From Opitutaceae bacterium (GTDB taxonomy: Bacteria > Verrucomicrobiota > Verrucomicrobiia > Opitutales > Opitutaceae): 64,000 nucleotides of DNA. Under the pieces are notes generated by a model. That model worked only from the letters and a program-made list of their open reading frames with translations. It ran no database searches and had not been told where the DNA came from. The translations under genes and the position numbers were made by a program. The stretch is taken from assembly GCA_047602505.1 (NCBI GenBank), contig JASGHD010000001.1, positions 2,911,929-2,975,928 on the forward strand. The letters are read 5' to 3'. Shown here piece by piece: positions 18,801 to 27,145 of the stretch. Every line of letters begins with the position of its first letter. Position 1 is the stretch's first letter.

Positions 18801-21800
18801 AGCTCTGGGAGGCGCGCGTCGACAACGAGATCGTCAACGCCCGAGCCGACGGCAACCAGACGCTCGTGCCGCTGCCGGCGAAGCTGAATCCCAACGACCC
18901 GGTGGCCGTCGCGCTGCGTCTCGGCCAGGCGGCGGGCGGCAGCGCGACCATCAAGCTCGTCGCGCCGCGCACCGTGGCGCCGAGCGTCATCAACGAATGG
19001 ACGCTGCACGCCGACTCCGGCCGCCTGCTCGCCCCGCGCGGCGGCAACGCCGAGCTGCTCCGCCCCGCGCTCACCGAGACCGGTTTCGAGTGGATCGCTG
19101 GCCGCGGCGTGTTCACTGCGGGACTGCTGCTGGCGTTCACCGCGCTTGGCGCGTTGTTGGCCCGCGGCTCGTCGCGCCAGCAGATCTTCGCGCTGATCCT
19201 CTTCGCCAACGTCACGATCGCCGCGTTGCTCGTCGCCGCTTCGGCGATGGTCAACCGTCGCTCGAACATCCAGGAGCTCACCTATGCCGCCACGATGGTG
19301 CCCGCCGAGGAGGCCGTGACGATCACGGTGCTGAACGGGACCGCTTGGCAGGCGATGGTCTCGTGGTGGGGCGTGGTCGCGGTGGTGGTCGGCGCTGTGG
19401 TGACCGTGGGCTCGCGTTTCGTGGGTAGGGCGAACCCTCCGGGTGAGCCGCAACCATCGGCTCACCGGGGACGGTTCGCCCTACCTGTGGGTGTCGCGCT
19501 CGTCTCCGCCGGCCTGCTCGCGCAGCACGGCGGGGCGATCATCTTCTACGGCTGGGGTGCGCTCGCCGTGTGGCTGCTGCTCTTCATGCCGACGCTCGGC
19601 CGCTGGAACCACGATCGCCGCGAGCGCCAGTTCGCCGAACAGGCGGAGCCGCCGCCGGTGCCCGGTGGCGAGTCTTCGGGTTCCGGTGCGGCCTCGGTGC
19701 TGCCGCTGGTCGCGCTGCTCGGCGCGCTCGCCTTCGGTTTCGGCGCGCAACCGGCGCAGGCGCAGAATCAGGTCGACCAGATCACGCCGACACCGGTGGA
19801 TCCGGCCTTGGCTGGGCGACCGGCACAATCGGCCGTGCAGACCTGGACGATTCGCGAAGACCGCCTCTACGGCGAGCTGGAGCTCACCGTGCGCGGCGGG
19901 CCCGGCGACAGCTTCCTCCTGCTGCGCCCGCCCGCGGTGCTGACCGAGTTCAAGGCCGACGGCCTGCGTCTCGGAAAATCCGAGCTCAACGGCCAGACTT
20001 CGTACTTCGTCGCGCCCGAGCGCGAAGGCCTGCTCACGGCGCGCGTGCGCTTCGAGCTGCCGGTGCCGAAGGGGACGACGCAGATCGTGCTCCCGACCGG
20101 CGCCGCGGCCACGCAGCGCGTGACTGTTGCCCTCGATCAGGGCGGCTGGGAGTTCGCCTCGCCGGCGGCGGTGCAGGTGGTGCCGACGCCGAATCTCGGC
20201 GACGCCCGCAGCGGCGCGACCCTCGTGCTCGCGCCGCAGGGCGCGGCGGTCGTGCAGTTGCTGCCCAAGCGCCGCGACCTCGCGACCGAGGCGACGCAGT
20301 TCTTCGCCGAGACGACGCAGCTCTTCCTCCCCGGCCCCGGCGTGGTGAACGGCCGCATGGTTGTCTCGATCCGCCCGGTGCAGGGCCGCGTTTCCTCGCT
20401 CGTGCTCGACGTGCCCGCGGGGCTGACCGTGGGCACGGTGGAGGGCGACGGGACGGAGGTCTCCACGTGGCGCTTCGACCCGGAGAAACGCCGGCTGGCG
20501 ATCACGCTCGCCTCGCCGCAGGAGCGGCAGTTCCGCGTCGGCATCGAGACGCAGCTCGGGACGGGCGCGCTGCCGTTCGATCTCACGCTCACGCCGCTGC
20601 GCGTGGTCGGCGCCGCCGGCGATGTCGGCACGCTCGCGCTCGCCTTCGGCGGCGACGCGCAGCCGGAGAGCGTGCGCGCCAGCGGGCTCTCGCCGGTGAA
20701 CACCGAGGATTTCGACCCCGAGCTGATTCCCGAGACCAAGGACGGCGAACCGAGCGCGACGCTCCAGCACGTGTGGCGTTTCGGCCAGGGCGGCGGCAGC
20801 GTGTCGCTCAAGATCGCGCCGGTCGCGCCCGAGGTGCGCGTCGTGGGCCGGCAGGTGCTCTCGCTCGACGATGACCGTCTGGTGATGGCCGTCGATCTCG
20901 CGGCGGAGATCACGCGCGTCGGGTTGTTCAAACTCAGTTTCGTGCTGCCCGTGGGCCTCGAGGTCGAGGCGCTCAGCGGCAAGGCGCTCAGCCATTGGAC
21001 GGAGGCGCAGGAGGGCAACCAACGCGTGGTGACGCTGCACCTCAACGGCCGCACGATCGGCGACGAGAAGTTCACGCTCACGCTCGCCGGCGCCGCGCCC
21101 CGTGCGCAGGAGGCCTGGCCGATCCCGCACCTGCAGGTGCGCGAGGCCACGCGTCAGACTGGCGAGGCGCTCGTCGTGCCCGGCAAGGGCCTGCGGCTGC
21201 GCGCGGTGGAGCGCGAGAAGGTTACGCAGCTCGACCCGCGACAGGTCGGCGGTCTGCAACCCGGCACGCTGGCGTTCCGGCTGTTGCAGGAGGATTGGTC
21301 GGTGAAACTAGGTATCGAGGCGCTGGAGCCGTGGGTGACGGTGCAGGCGCTGCAGGAGACGACCGTGCGCGAGGGCCAGACGCTCGTGCGGCTCGCGCTG
21401 CGCTACCGCGTGGAGAACGCCGCGGTGAAACAATTCCGCGTGAAGCTGCCCGGCCTCGGCGAGGAGCGCGCCCGCACGGTGCGCGCCACCGGCGCCGCGG
21501 TGAGCGACATGGTGCGCGTCGCCGGCAGCGACGACACCTGGGAGATTCGCCTGCAGCGCGGCATCGCCGGCGAGACCGACGTGCAGATCGAGTTCCAGGG
21601 GCCGTCGACCGGCGACCAGAAGCTGGAGACGGTGGCGATGCCGGAGTTCGTCGGCGTGCGGCAGGCGGTGCAGTTCGCCGCGGTGCGCGCGGGCGGCCGG
21701 CTCGAGCTCGAGACCGGCGCGCTTCCACGCGGTTGGTCGCGCACCGACTGGAGCGCGGTGCCCGCGATCCTGCAGAACCGCACCGACCGGAGCGTGCCGG

Positions 21801-22942
21801 CGCTATGTTTCCGCGTGGCCGAGGCCGAGGGGCCGCTGCCGGTGGCGGTGCGGCGGCATGAAGTTGCCGAGGCACTCAAGCTCCGCGTGACGCAGGGCGA
21901 CCTCACGACGTTGTTCTCGCCCGCGGGCGCATGCCTCACGGCGGTGGACCTGCGCGTCGACGTGCTCGAGAAGAGCACGCTGCGCGTGCGGCTGCCGGAG
22001 GGCGCGCGGCTTTTCAACACGCTCGTCAACGGCGAGAGCGTGTCGGTCGTGCGCGAGGGCGACGCGTTCCTCTTCCATGTGACGCCGAACACGGCGGGCG
22101 AGCGCTCGGCGGCGGTGCGGCTCGTGTACTCGGCGCCCGGAGGCAAGGGCGGCGACGTCGGGCTCGTCGGCCCGCGGCTCAACGTTCCGCTGGAGAATGT
22201 GACGTGGCGCGTGGTGATCCCGCCCGGCTACGAGCTGGAGAGCTACGGCGGCGGGCTGCGGTTGCGCGAGGAGCGCTACGGCAGCTCGTTCGGCGGGCTG
22301 GAGCAGTACCAGTCGTCGATCGTCTCGAAGCGTTCGGCCGAGTCGAAGAAGGCCGTGGCGATGATGCAGGAGGCGAGTTCGCTCCTGCAGAAGGGCGACC
22401 AGCAGAAGGCCAGCGAGGTGCTCTCACGCGCCTACAACACGCAGGCGCTCGACGAGGCCGCGAACGAGGACGCCCGCGTGCAGCTCCGGAATCTGAAGAC
22501 GCAGCAGACGGTGCTCGGCCTCAACACGCGCCGCCAGCGCCTCTACCTCGACAACCGCGTCGACGCCGCGCGCAACGAGCAGCTCGAGCAGGCCGCCAGC
22601 CTGAATCCGTTCATGCAGGGCAACGTGAACTTCAACCCGCAGCAGGTCGACCAGCTGCTCATGGGCAACTCGGCCGACGAGAACACCGCGCTGCGCGGCA
22701 TCGCCGACCGGCTTGTCGACCAGCAGCTCGCCGCCGAGCCGGCGCCGCGCGCGATCGACGTGACGCTCACCGAGCGCGGCCGGGTGTTCACGTTCACCCG
22801 CAGCCTGCAGGTCGAAGGCGACAAGCCGCTCCAGCTCACGCTCGATCTCGCGCGCACGGCGCGTCCGCCGTACGCCACCGCAATCGTGCTGCTCCTGGCG
22901 ATCGCCGGCATCGCCATCATCCCGCTCGTGCGGCGGAAGTGA
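15875..22942 (+). CDS. Giant (2355 aa) secreted, membrane-anchored protein of unknown function.
   Basis: N-terminal signal peptide (FVAALFALTGALAAAPKPA). Mostly non-repetitive, beta-rich-looking sequence. A cluster of hydrophobic helices near residues 1080-1230. C-terminal TM anchor (IVLLLAIAGIAIIPLVRRK). No catalytic motif was recognised. Confidence 0.65.
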   Translation: MNAITSLGSTIPQLACRLFRGGPRCPQRGQTRLFVAALFALTGALAAAPKPADTAKTSATLTPDGGRIVVDVQGVPPAVPLFFSAAAEQTVRLSAAEITGELRLKLHVVQGKPEVLALGLSGEGEVTEVSGEGLASWAVRQVPLSGKRFLDLRPALAEGAPLPRDLDLVVRTRLRKPTVPGAASVLIAAPGDAVGFASTITLQADAALDLRVTAASGLVALGEQRSPRDPVRFQTTGEGALTVRLTPRGAAPAEAELLGAQLSGKINETAKSAEFRLRAQLRSAKAGARLPLLKGSAAPSDKAAGDGWHLELAPADSAFQDYELVTEREGALAVDLPFAAAIREAGEWRVLDFSMPAGAVVPIQLDGLPAGVSFDPERPVLPVATAQGWQGFLPADGATALAWKHAAKVVEGALFFTSSEQTDSRLGAGLLRQEATLALQILQGKLTALRIRLDGPGEIVGVEGANLLSWRVVPAEGARALEVQFSRPIEQTSAITVRSQTELGGFPIRVEPLRLSPEGVVRHSGFLRVANDGAVRLEVAEASGMMQLAPEQYPTGELDDDAVRQVFVYRFPAATYSYRLLASQIQPEVGVSAILTYELGETDRTIAASLELDIREAPLRDWTLQIPADYTVVGVTGGDVSDFIAESTAVDGRRALKVLFAEPVEGRQLLQLRLEKNQAAAAGEWALPALRFPGAKSVRGHIGAVATPGYRLVPAGVDKLVEVPLSYFPQQTARLQQAWRLRDAEWSAALKIEALGQSVQADVFHLYTVKEGVVYGSVLLNYFVVGAPATEWRLAVPAEVGNIDVVGQNVRRDWRREGDQLVVSLHQPVLGAATLLVTFEQPMSARGGTIQPGQVRPLGVQAERGYVQVVSPAQVKHEIRKAEGGLLKLEPLELPTEFRLLTSSPSLALYQYTARPFALEVGVEWYDAGETVDQVVDFAKLSSQISRDGQVVTDAQFFVKTRGRKALRLELPAGAKLWEARVDNEIVNARADGNQTLVPLPAKLNPNDPVAVALRLGQAAGGSATIKLVAPRTVAPSVINEWTLHADSGRLLAPRGGNAELLRPALTETGFEWIAGRGVFTAGLLLAFTALGALLARGSSRQQIFALILFANVTIAALLVAASAMVNRRSNIQELTYAATMVPAEEAVTITVLNGTAWQAMVSWWGVVAVVVGAVVTVGSRFVGRANPPGEPQPSAHRGRFALPVGVALVSAGLLAQHGGAIIFYGWGALAVWLLLFMPTLGRWNHDRRERQFAEQAEPPPVPGGESSGSGAASVLPLVALLGALAFGFGAQPAQAQNQVDQITPTPVDPALAGRPAQSAVQTWTIREDRLYGELELTVRGGPGDSFLLLRPPAVLTEFKADGLRLGKSELNGQTSYFVAPEREGLLTARVRFELPVPKGTTQIVLPTGAAATQRVTVALDQGGWEFASPAAVQVVPTPNLGDARSGATLVLAPQGAAVVQLLPKRRDLATEATQFFAETTQLFLPGPGVVNGRMVVSIRPVQGRVSSLVLDVPAGLTVGTVEGDGTEVSTWRFDPEKRRLAITLASPQERQFRVGIETQLGTGALPFDLTLTPLRVVGAAGDVGTLALAFGGDAQPESVRASGLSPVNTEDFDPELIPETKDGEPSATLQHVWRFGQGGGSVSLKIAPVAPEVRVVGRQVLSLDDDRLVMAVDLAAEITRVGLFKLSFVLPVGLEVEALSGKALSHWTEAQEGNQRVVTLHLNGRTIGDEKFTLTLAGAAPRAQEAWPIPHLQVREATRQTGEALVVPGKGLRLRAVEREKVTQLDPRQVGGLQPGTLAFRLLQEDWSVKLGIEALEPWVTVQALQETTVREGQTLVRLALRYRVENAAVKQFRVKLPGLGEERARTVRATGAAVSDMVRVAGSDDTWEIRLQRGIAGETDVQIEFQGPSTGDQKLETVAMPEFVGVRQAVQFAAVRAGGRLELETGALPRGWSRTDWSAVPAILQNRTDRSVPALCFRVAEAEGPLPVAVRRHEVAEALKLRVTQGDLTTLFSPAGACLTAVDLRVDVLEKSTLRVRLPEGARLFNTLVNGESVSVVREGDAFLFHVTPNTAGERSAAVRLVYSAPGGKGGDVGLVGPRLNVPLENVTWRVVIPPGYELESYGGGLRLREERYGSSFGGLEQYQSSIVSKRSAESKKAVAMMQEASSLLQKGDQQKASEVLSRAYNTQALDEAANEDARVQLRNLKTQQTVLGLNTRRQRLYLDNRVDAARNEQLEQAASLNPFMQGNVNFNPQQVDQLLMGNSADENTALRGIADRLVDQQLAAEPAPRAIDVTLTERGRVFTFTRSLQVEGDKPLQLTLDLARTARPPYATAIVLLLAIAGIAIIPLVRRK
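19425..19484. repeat. REP-like element copy lying in-frame inside the giant ORF.
   Basis: GTAGGGCGAACCCTCCGGGTGAGCCGCAACCATCGGCTCACCGGGGACGGTTCGCCCTAC is 60 bp and translates as VGRANPPGEPQPSAHRGRFALP without breaking the frame. Confidence 0.6.
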
Positions 22943-23194
22943 GCGGCGGGGCGCGGCACTGTGAACTGACGATCGAGGATAGGGCAGGCCCGCTGGGCCC
23001 GCCGGGCGCAGTACCGCGGCGTAGTGAAAGCCGCCAAGGCTTTCGTCCGGGACGAACGGTCGAAGTTCTGGCGAACTTCGCTACCGCAAGCGTCCGCCGA
23101 TTGCGCAGGGATCGCTCAAAGGCGAAGGGAGAGCAGGGCCGCCGGCTCCGCTGGGCAAAAGCGCGCTCGGCGCGACCAAGCGGAGACGAACCCA

Positions 23195-23217
23195 AATGTC
23201 AACTAATGGTTGACATG
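23195..23217. repeat. Palindromic element copy 2 (aATGTCAACTAATGGTTGACATG).
   Basis: Same 9-bp arms with loop TAATG. It lies 250 bp downstream of the giant gene and 335 bp upstream of uxuA. Confidence 0.6.
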
Positions 23218-23551
23218 ACAACCTGGTACCGCGGAGAACACCGGGTACCGATCCCGTATCGGACGGATGGGGCGGTTACCGACGAAGCGCGGCGGGAAGC
23301 AGCGCTTGATCGGGACGCGCTCCGGAGGCGGCGGGCTCCGGCCGTGGCGCGCTCCGGTCGTGGCGAAAGCCGCCACGGCTTTCGCGAGCCCGCTGCGCGG
23401 TGCCGCCAGCCTCCTTGCGCCGAAGCTGCAGCGAGCTTCAGCACATCTGCGCGGACTTTGCCGCACCCGCGGTTGGTGTACGGCTACCGGCAAGCGCATC
23501 GCGGCGGGCGCGGCGTTTCGCAACCTGCGCCGTTTCCGACGACATTCCCCC

Positions 23552-24625
23552 ATGAAAATGACGTTCCGCTGGTTCGGTGAACACGACGACTGCATCGCGC
23601 TCTGGCAGGTGCGGCAGATCCCGGGCGCGCCCGGCATCGTCGGCGCGCTTTTTGACGTGCCCGTTGGCGAGGTCTGGCCGACCGAGAAGATCGCACACCT
23701 CAAGGGCACAGTCGAAGCCGCAGGGCTCAAGCTCGAGGTGATCGAGAGCGTGAACGTGCACGACGACATCAAGTTGGGCGCGCCCACACGCGACCGCTAC
23801 ATCGAGAACTACCGCGAGACGCTGCGCCGCCTGGCTCGCGTCGGCATCAAGGTCGTCTGCTACAACTTCATGCCGGTGTTCGACTGGCTGCGCACGGATC
23901 TCGCGCACCCGCTGCCCGACGGCTCCAATGCGCTCTTCTACGAGGCCGCGAAGGTGAAGGATCTCACGCCGGAGACTGTGCTCGATCTGTTCTCGCGCAG
24001 CGCGAACGGCTTCAAGCTCCCGGGTTGGGAACCCGAGCGCCTCGCGCAACTCAAGGAGCTCTTCGCGAAATATGCGGTCGTGGACACCGACAAGCTCTTC
24101 GCGAACCTGAAGTACTTCATCGATGCGCTCATGCCGGTGTGCGAGGAGTGCGACATCCGCATGGCGATCCACCCCGACGATCCGCCGTGGCCGATGTTCG
24201 GCCTGCCGCGGATCGTGACCGACGAGGCGAAGATCGCGCGCGTGCTCGCGCTCAACCCGAGCACGTACCACGGGCTGACGTTCTGCACGGGCTCGCTCGG
24301 CGCCAACCCCGCCAACAATCTGCCCGCGATGATCCGCCGTTTCGGCGCGCAGGGGCGGATCCACTTCGCGCATTGCCGCAACATCCTGCGTTTCCCCAAC
24401 GGCGATTTCACCGAAGCCTCGCACCTCTCGCGCGACGGCTCGGTCGACATGTACGAGGTCATGAAGGCGTATCGGGACATCGGTTTCAGCGGCTACATGC
24501 GCCCGGACCACGGCCGCATGATCTGGGGCGAGACCGGCCGGCCCGGCTACGGTCTCTACGACCGCGCGCTCGGCATCGCTTACCTCAACGGCCTTTGGGA
24601 GGCGCTCACCAAGGGCGCCGCCTGA
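23552..24625 (+). CDS. uxuA: Mannonate dehydratase.
   Basis: MKMTFRWFGEHDD…VCYNFMPVFDWLRTDL…LPDGS closely matches the UxuA N-terminal signature, and the length (357 aa) is typical. Confidence 0.9.
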   Translation: MKMTFRWFGEHDDCIALWQVRQIPGAPGIVGALFDVPVGEVWPTEKIAHLKGTVEAAGLKLEVIESVNVHDDIKLGAPTRDRYIENYRETLRRLARVGIKVVCYNFMPVFDWLRTDLAHPLPDGSNALFYEAAKVKDLTPETVLDLFSRSANGFKLPGWEPERLAQLKELFAKYAVVDTDKLFANLKYFIDALMPVCEECDIRMAIHPDDPPWPMFGLPRIVTDEAKIARVLALNPSTYHGLTFCTGSLGANPANNLPAMIRRFGAQGRIHFAHCRNILRFPNGDFTEASHLSRDGSVDMYEVMKAYRDIGFSGYMRPDHGRMIWGETGRPGYGLYDRALGIAYLNGLWEALTKGAA

Positions 24626-24673
24626 GGCGCGCCGCGTCCGCTGATCCGTCGCACCACTACGTTCCTCGTCTTC

Positions 24674-25528
24674 ATGAAAACCAACACCACTGCTCTCACC
24701 AACAAGATCGCCGTCATCACTGGCGGCGGCGGCATCCTCTGCGGCGCGATGGCGCGCGCGCTCGGCGCCGATGGCGTCAAGGTCGCCATCCTCAATCGCA
24801 CCGCCTCGAAGGGTGAGACGGTCGCCCAAGAGATACGCGAGGCGGGCGGCGAGGCGATCGCGCTCGCGGCCAACGTGCTCGACCGCGCCTCGCTCGAGGC
24901 GGCGCGCGCGCAGGTGCAGACGCTCTGGGGCGGCTGCGACATCCTCCTGAATGGCGCCGGCGGCAACCACCCGCGCGGCACCACCGCCACTGAGACCTGG
25001 ACCGGCGCGGCAAAGAGCGCCGTCACCACCGGCCCCGGCAGTTTTCTCGATCTCGATGAGGCCGGCTTCCGCGCGGTCTTCGATCTCAACTTCATGGGTA
25101 CGCTGCTGCCAACCCAGGTTTTCCTGCCGCTGCTGCTCGGCCGCCCCGGCGCGACCGTGATCAACGTCTCCTCGATGGGCGCGTACCGCCCGATGACGAA
25201 GGTGCCGGCCTATTGCGCCGCCAAGGCCGCGCTGAACAATCTCACGAACTGGATGGCGGTGCATTTCGCCGAGGCCGGCCTGCGCGTGAACGCCATCGCA
25301 CCCGGTTTCTTCTCCACCGAGCAGAACAAGGCGCTGCTCTGGAATGCCGATGGCACGCCCACCGCGCGCGCGAAGAAGATCGTCGATCACACACCGATGC
25401 GGCGGTTCGGTCGGCCCGAGGAACTCGTGGGCGCGCTGCGCTGGCTGTGCGACGACAAGGCCAGCGGCTTCGTGACCGGCGCCGTTATCCCGGTCGACGG
25501 TGGCTTCTCCGCCTACGCGGGCGTGTGA
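24674..25528 (+). CDS. SDR-family oxidoreductase, probably the SDR-type D-mannonate/fructuronate oxidoreductase (UxuB-like).
   Basis: Rossmann motif IAVITGGGGILCGAMA and catalytic YCAAKAAL. Located immediately downstream of uxuA. Confidence 0.8.
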   Translation: MKTNTTALTNKIAVITGGGGILCGAMARALGADGVKVAILNRTASKGETVAQEIREAGGEAIALAANVLDRASLEAARAQVQTLWGGCDILLNGAGGNHPRGTTATETWTGAAKSAVTTGPGSFLDLDEAGFRAVFDLNFMGTLLPTQVFLPLLLGRPGATVINVSSMGAYRPMTKVPAYCAAKAALNNLTNWMAVHFAEAGLRVNAIAPGFFSTEQNKALLWNADGTPTARAKKIVDHTPMRRFGRPEELVGALRWLCDDKASGFVTGAVIPVDGGFSAYAGV

Positions 25529-25598
25529 GCCGCGCGGGGCATCGCGCAGGAGACTCTCGCAAGCTCGACCGGCATCGCGGCCGCTGGCTCGTCCGACC

Positions 25599-26015
25599 TC
25601 AGGCGAGCGGTCGCGGCGCGGGCTCGACGGCCCTCGCGGCGGCGTTGCGGCGTTTGAGCACGGCGTTGATCTCGCCCAAGAGGCGCTCGATCGTGACCGG
25701 CTTCGACAGCACCACATCCGGCGCCGGATCGTCGGCGGTGCCGGTCCAGTGGTCGATGTAGCCGCTGAAAAGGACGAAGGGCACCGCAGCGAGGGCGGGC
25801 AAACTCGTGCGCAGCTCCCGCAAAAGCGCCGCACCGTTCATCCCGGGCATGTTGTAGTCGCTCAGCACGATGTCGGGCACGAGGGTGCGTGCCGTGATGA
25901 GCGCCTCGGGGCCGTCCTCTGCCTCGACGACGCGAAAACCGAAGCGCTGCAACAGGGACGCCAAGGTCCGTCGCGCGCCAACATCGTCGTCAACCAGTAG
26001 AATCGTAGTGCCCAT
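25599..26015 (-). CDS. Single-domain response regulator (CheY-like receiver).
   Basis: ILLVDDDVGARRTL…DIVLSDYNMPGMNG…SKP shows the receiver-domain acidic pocket and the conserved Lys. There is no output domain. Confidence 0.8.
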   Translation of the reverse strand: MGTTILLVDDDVGARRTLASLLQRFGFRVVEAEDGPEALITARTLVPDIVLSDYNMPGMNGAALLRELRTSLPALAAVPFVLFSGYIDHWTGTADDPAPDVVLSKPVTIERLLGEINAVLKRRNAAARAVEPAPRPLA

Positions 26016-26167
26016 GCGTCACCTCAAGTGGGCGCATCTTCCCCCGGTGCGGAGGTCTGGCAAGCGCGGTTCTGTCTGTGGCGATGTTGGACCTCCATTT
26101 TACGGCTTTCCCCGGTACGGGGTTACGCAACACCCGGAAGGATCCACTAGGGAGCCAGCCCTAAAGT

Positions 26168-27043
26168 CTAGTAGGAAACGGTCCGGCCCAGATAGTTCAG
26201 CATCCAGATCTCCTTCCACACGCGGTAGCGACCTTCCTTGGAGATCTTGCCAAACTCCTCGCGATCTTGGTGCGAGTGGAGGAAACCGAGCTCGGTGTTC
26301 ACTTTCTCGAGCTGCCCCTGCTGGCGGTTGAGATCCTCGAGCGGCTCAGTGGCCCAGGGAAGCAATGCCGAATCCGTGGTCCGGATACGACGGCGATGCC
26401 GGGCCACCAGGCGCGGAAGGCTGCGGATCCACGGGCGCCGCTCCACCATCCAGTTCTCCGGATAGAACCCGCCGAAAGGCAGGTGGAGATTGTCGGTCAC
26501 GTAGCGCACGTCGTTCTCCGTGCGCGAGGAGAGGGTGTAGTAGAGCGCGATCGCGCCGGTGGGCTGGGGAATGAAGGCGACCTGCAAGCGGAGCTGGTCC
26601 GAAGCGTCCTGGTAAACGGAAAGCCGGAGGAACATCCCCGGGGCGATCTCCGCCTTGAGCGATTGCGCGAGCTGGAATTTCTCGCGGCGCAGCCACTCGC
26701 GGATGGCGAAGAGCCGGCGCTGGGTGGGCCATTCCTCCCCGCTGCTGTTCACGACGAAGCGGGGAAACAGCGGCAATGGGCTGAGACTTAGCGCGCGGAT
26801 CGCCAGCCAGTGGTAGACCGACTCCACGAGAAACCAGCCGAGGAACGCCAGCACGGCCGTCGCCCAGAACGGCCGCTCCGTCCAGCCGAACGCCTCCGCG
26901 AGGTAGGCGACGCCGAGCGAGAACAGGATCCAGCGCACCCAGCGGTTCGCGATCGTGACGATCGGCAGCAACACCCGCGAGTTCAGCAGGTGGAGCAGGA
27001 GCGAGATCGCGGAGAAGCCGACGATGATCTGGCCAATTTCCAT
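26168..27043 (-). CDS. Hypothetical integral membrane protein.
   Basis: Start MEIGQIIVGF. Several predicted TM helices. No recognisable family. Confidence 0.5.
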   Translation of the reverse strand: MEIGQIIVGFSAISLLLHLLNSRVLLPIVTIANRWVRWILFSLGVAYLAEAFGWTERPFWATAVLAFLGWFLVESVYHWLAIRALSLSPLPLFPRFVVNSSGEEWPTQRRLFAIREWLRREKFQLAQSLKAEIAPGMFLRLSVYQDASDQLRLQVAFIPQPTGAIALYYTLSSRTENDVRYVTDNLHLPFGGFYPENWMVERRPWIRSLPRLVARHRRRIRTTDSALLPWATEPLEDLNRQQGQLEKVNTELGFLHSHQDREEFGKISKEGRYRVWKEIWMLNYLGRTVSY

Positions 27044-27145
27044 CGCGGGGAGCGGAACAAACACGCCTGCGGAGCGAAAGCGGGAAATCGCCCCGACAAA
27101 AAAGCCGCCGGCGCAAAAACCGGCGGCTGGAAAGGGCGGGAGCGA

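Noticed and set aside
16358-21259. Long minus-strand ORFs (603 aa, 592 aa, 373 aa) inside the giant gene.
   Set aside because: Antisense artefacts of a 7-kb GC-rich coding region.
21931-23580. 549-aa plus-strand ORF spanning the end of the giant gene and the intergenic region up to uxuA.
   Set aside because: Frame-shifted relative to the real genes, Arg/Ala-rich, and crosses the palindromic element.
23438-25834. 798-aa minus-strand ORF covering uxuA and the SDR gene.
   Set aside because: Antisense artefact. The sense-strand products have unambiguous UxuA and SDR signatures.
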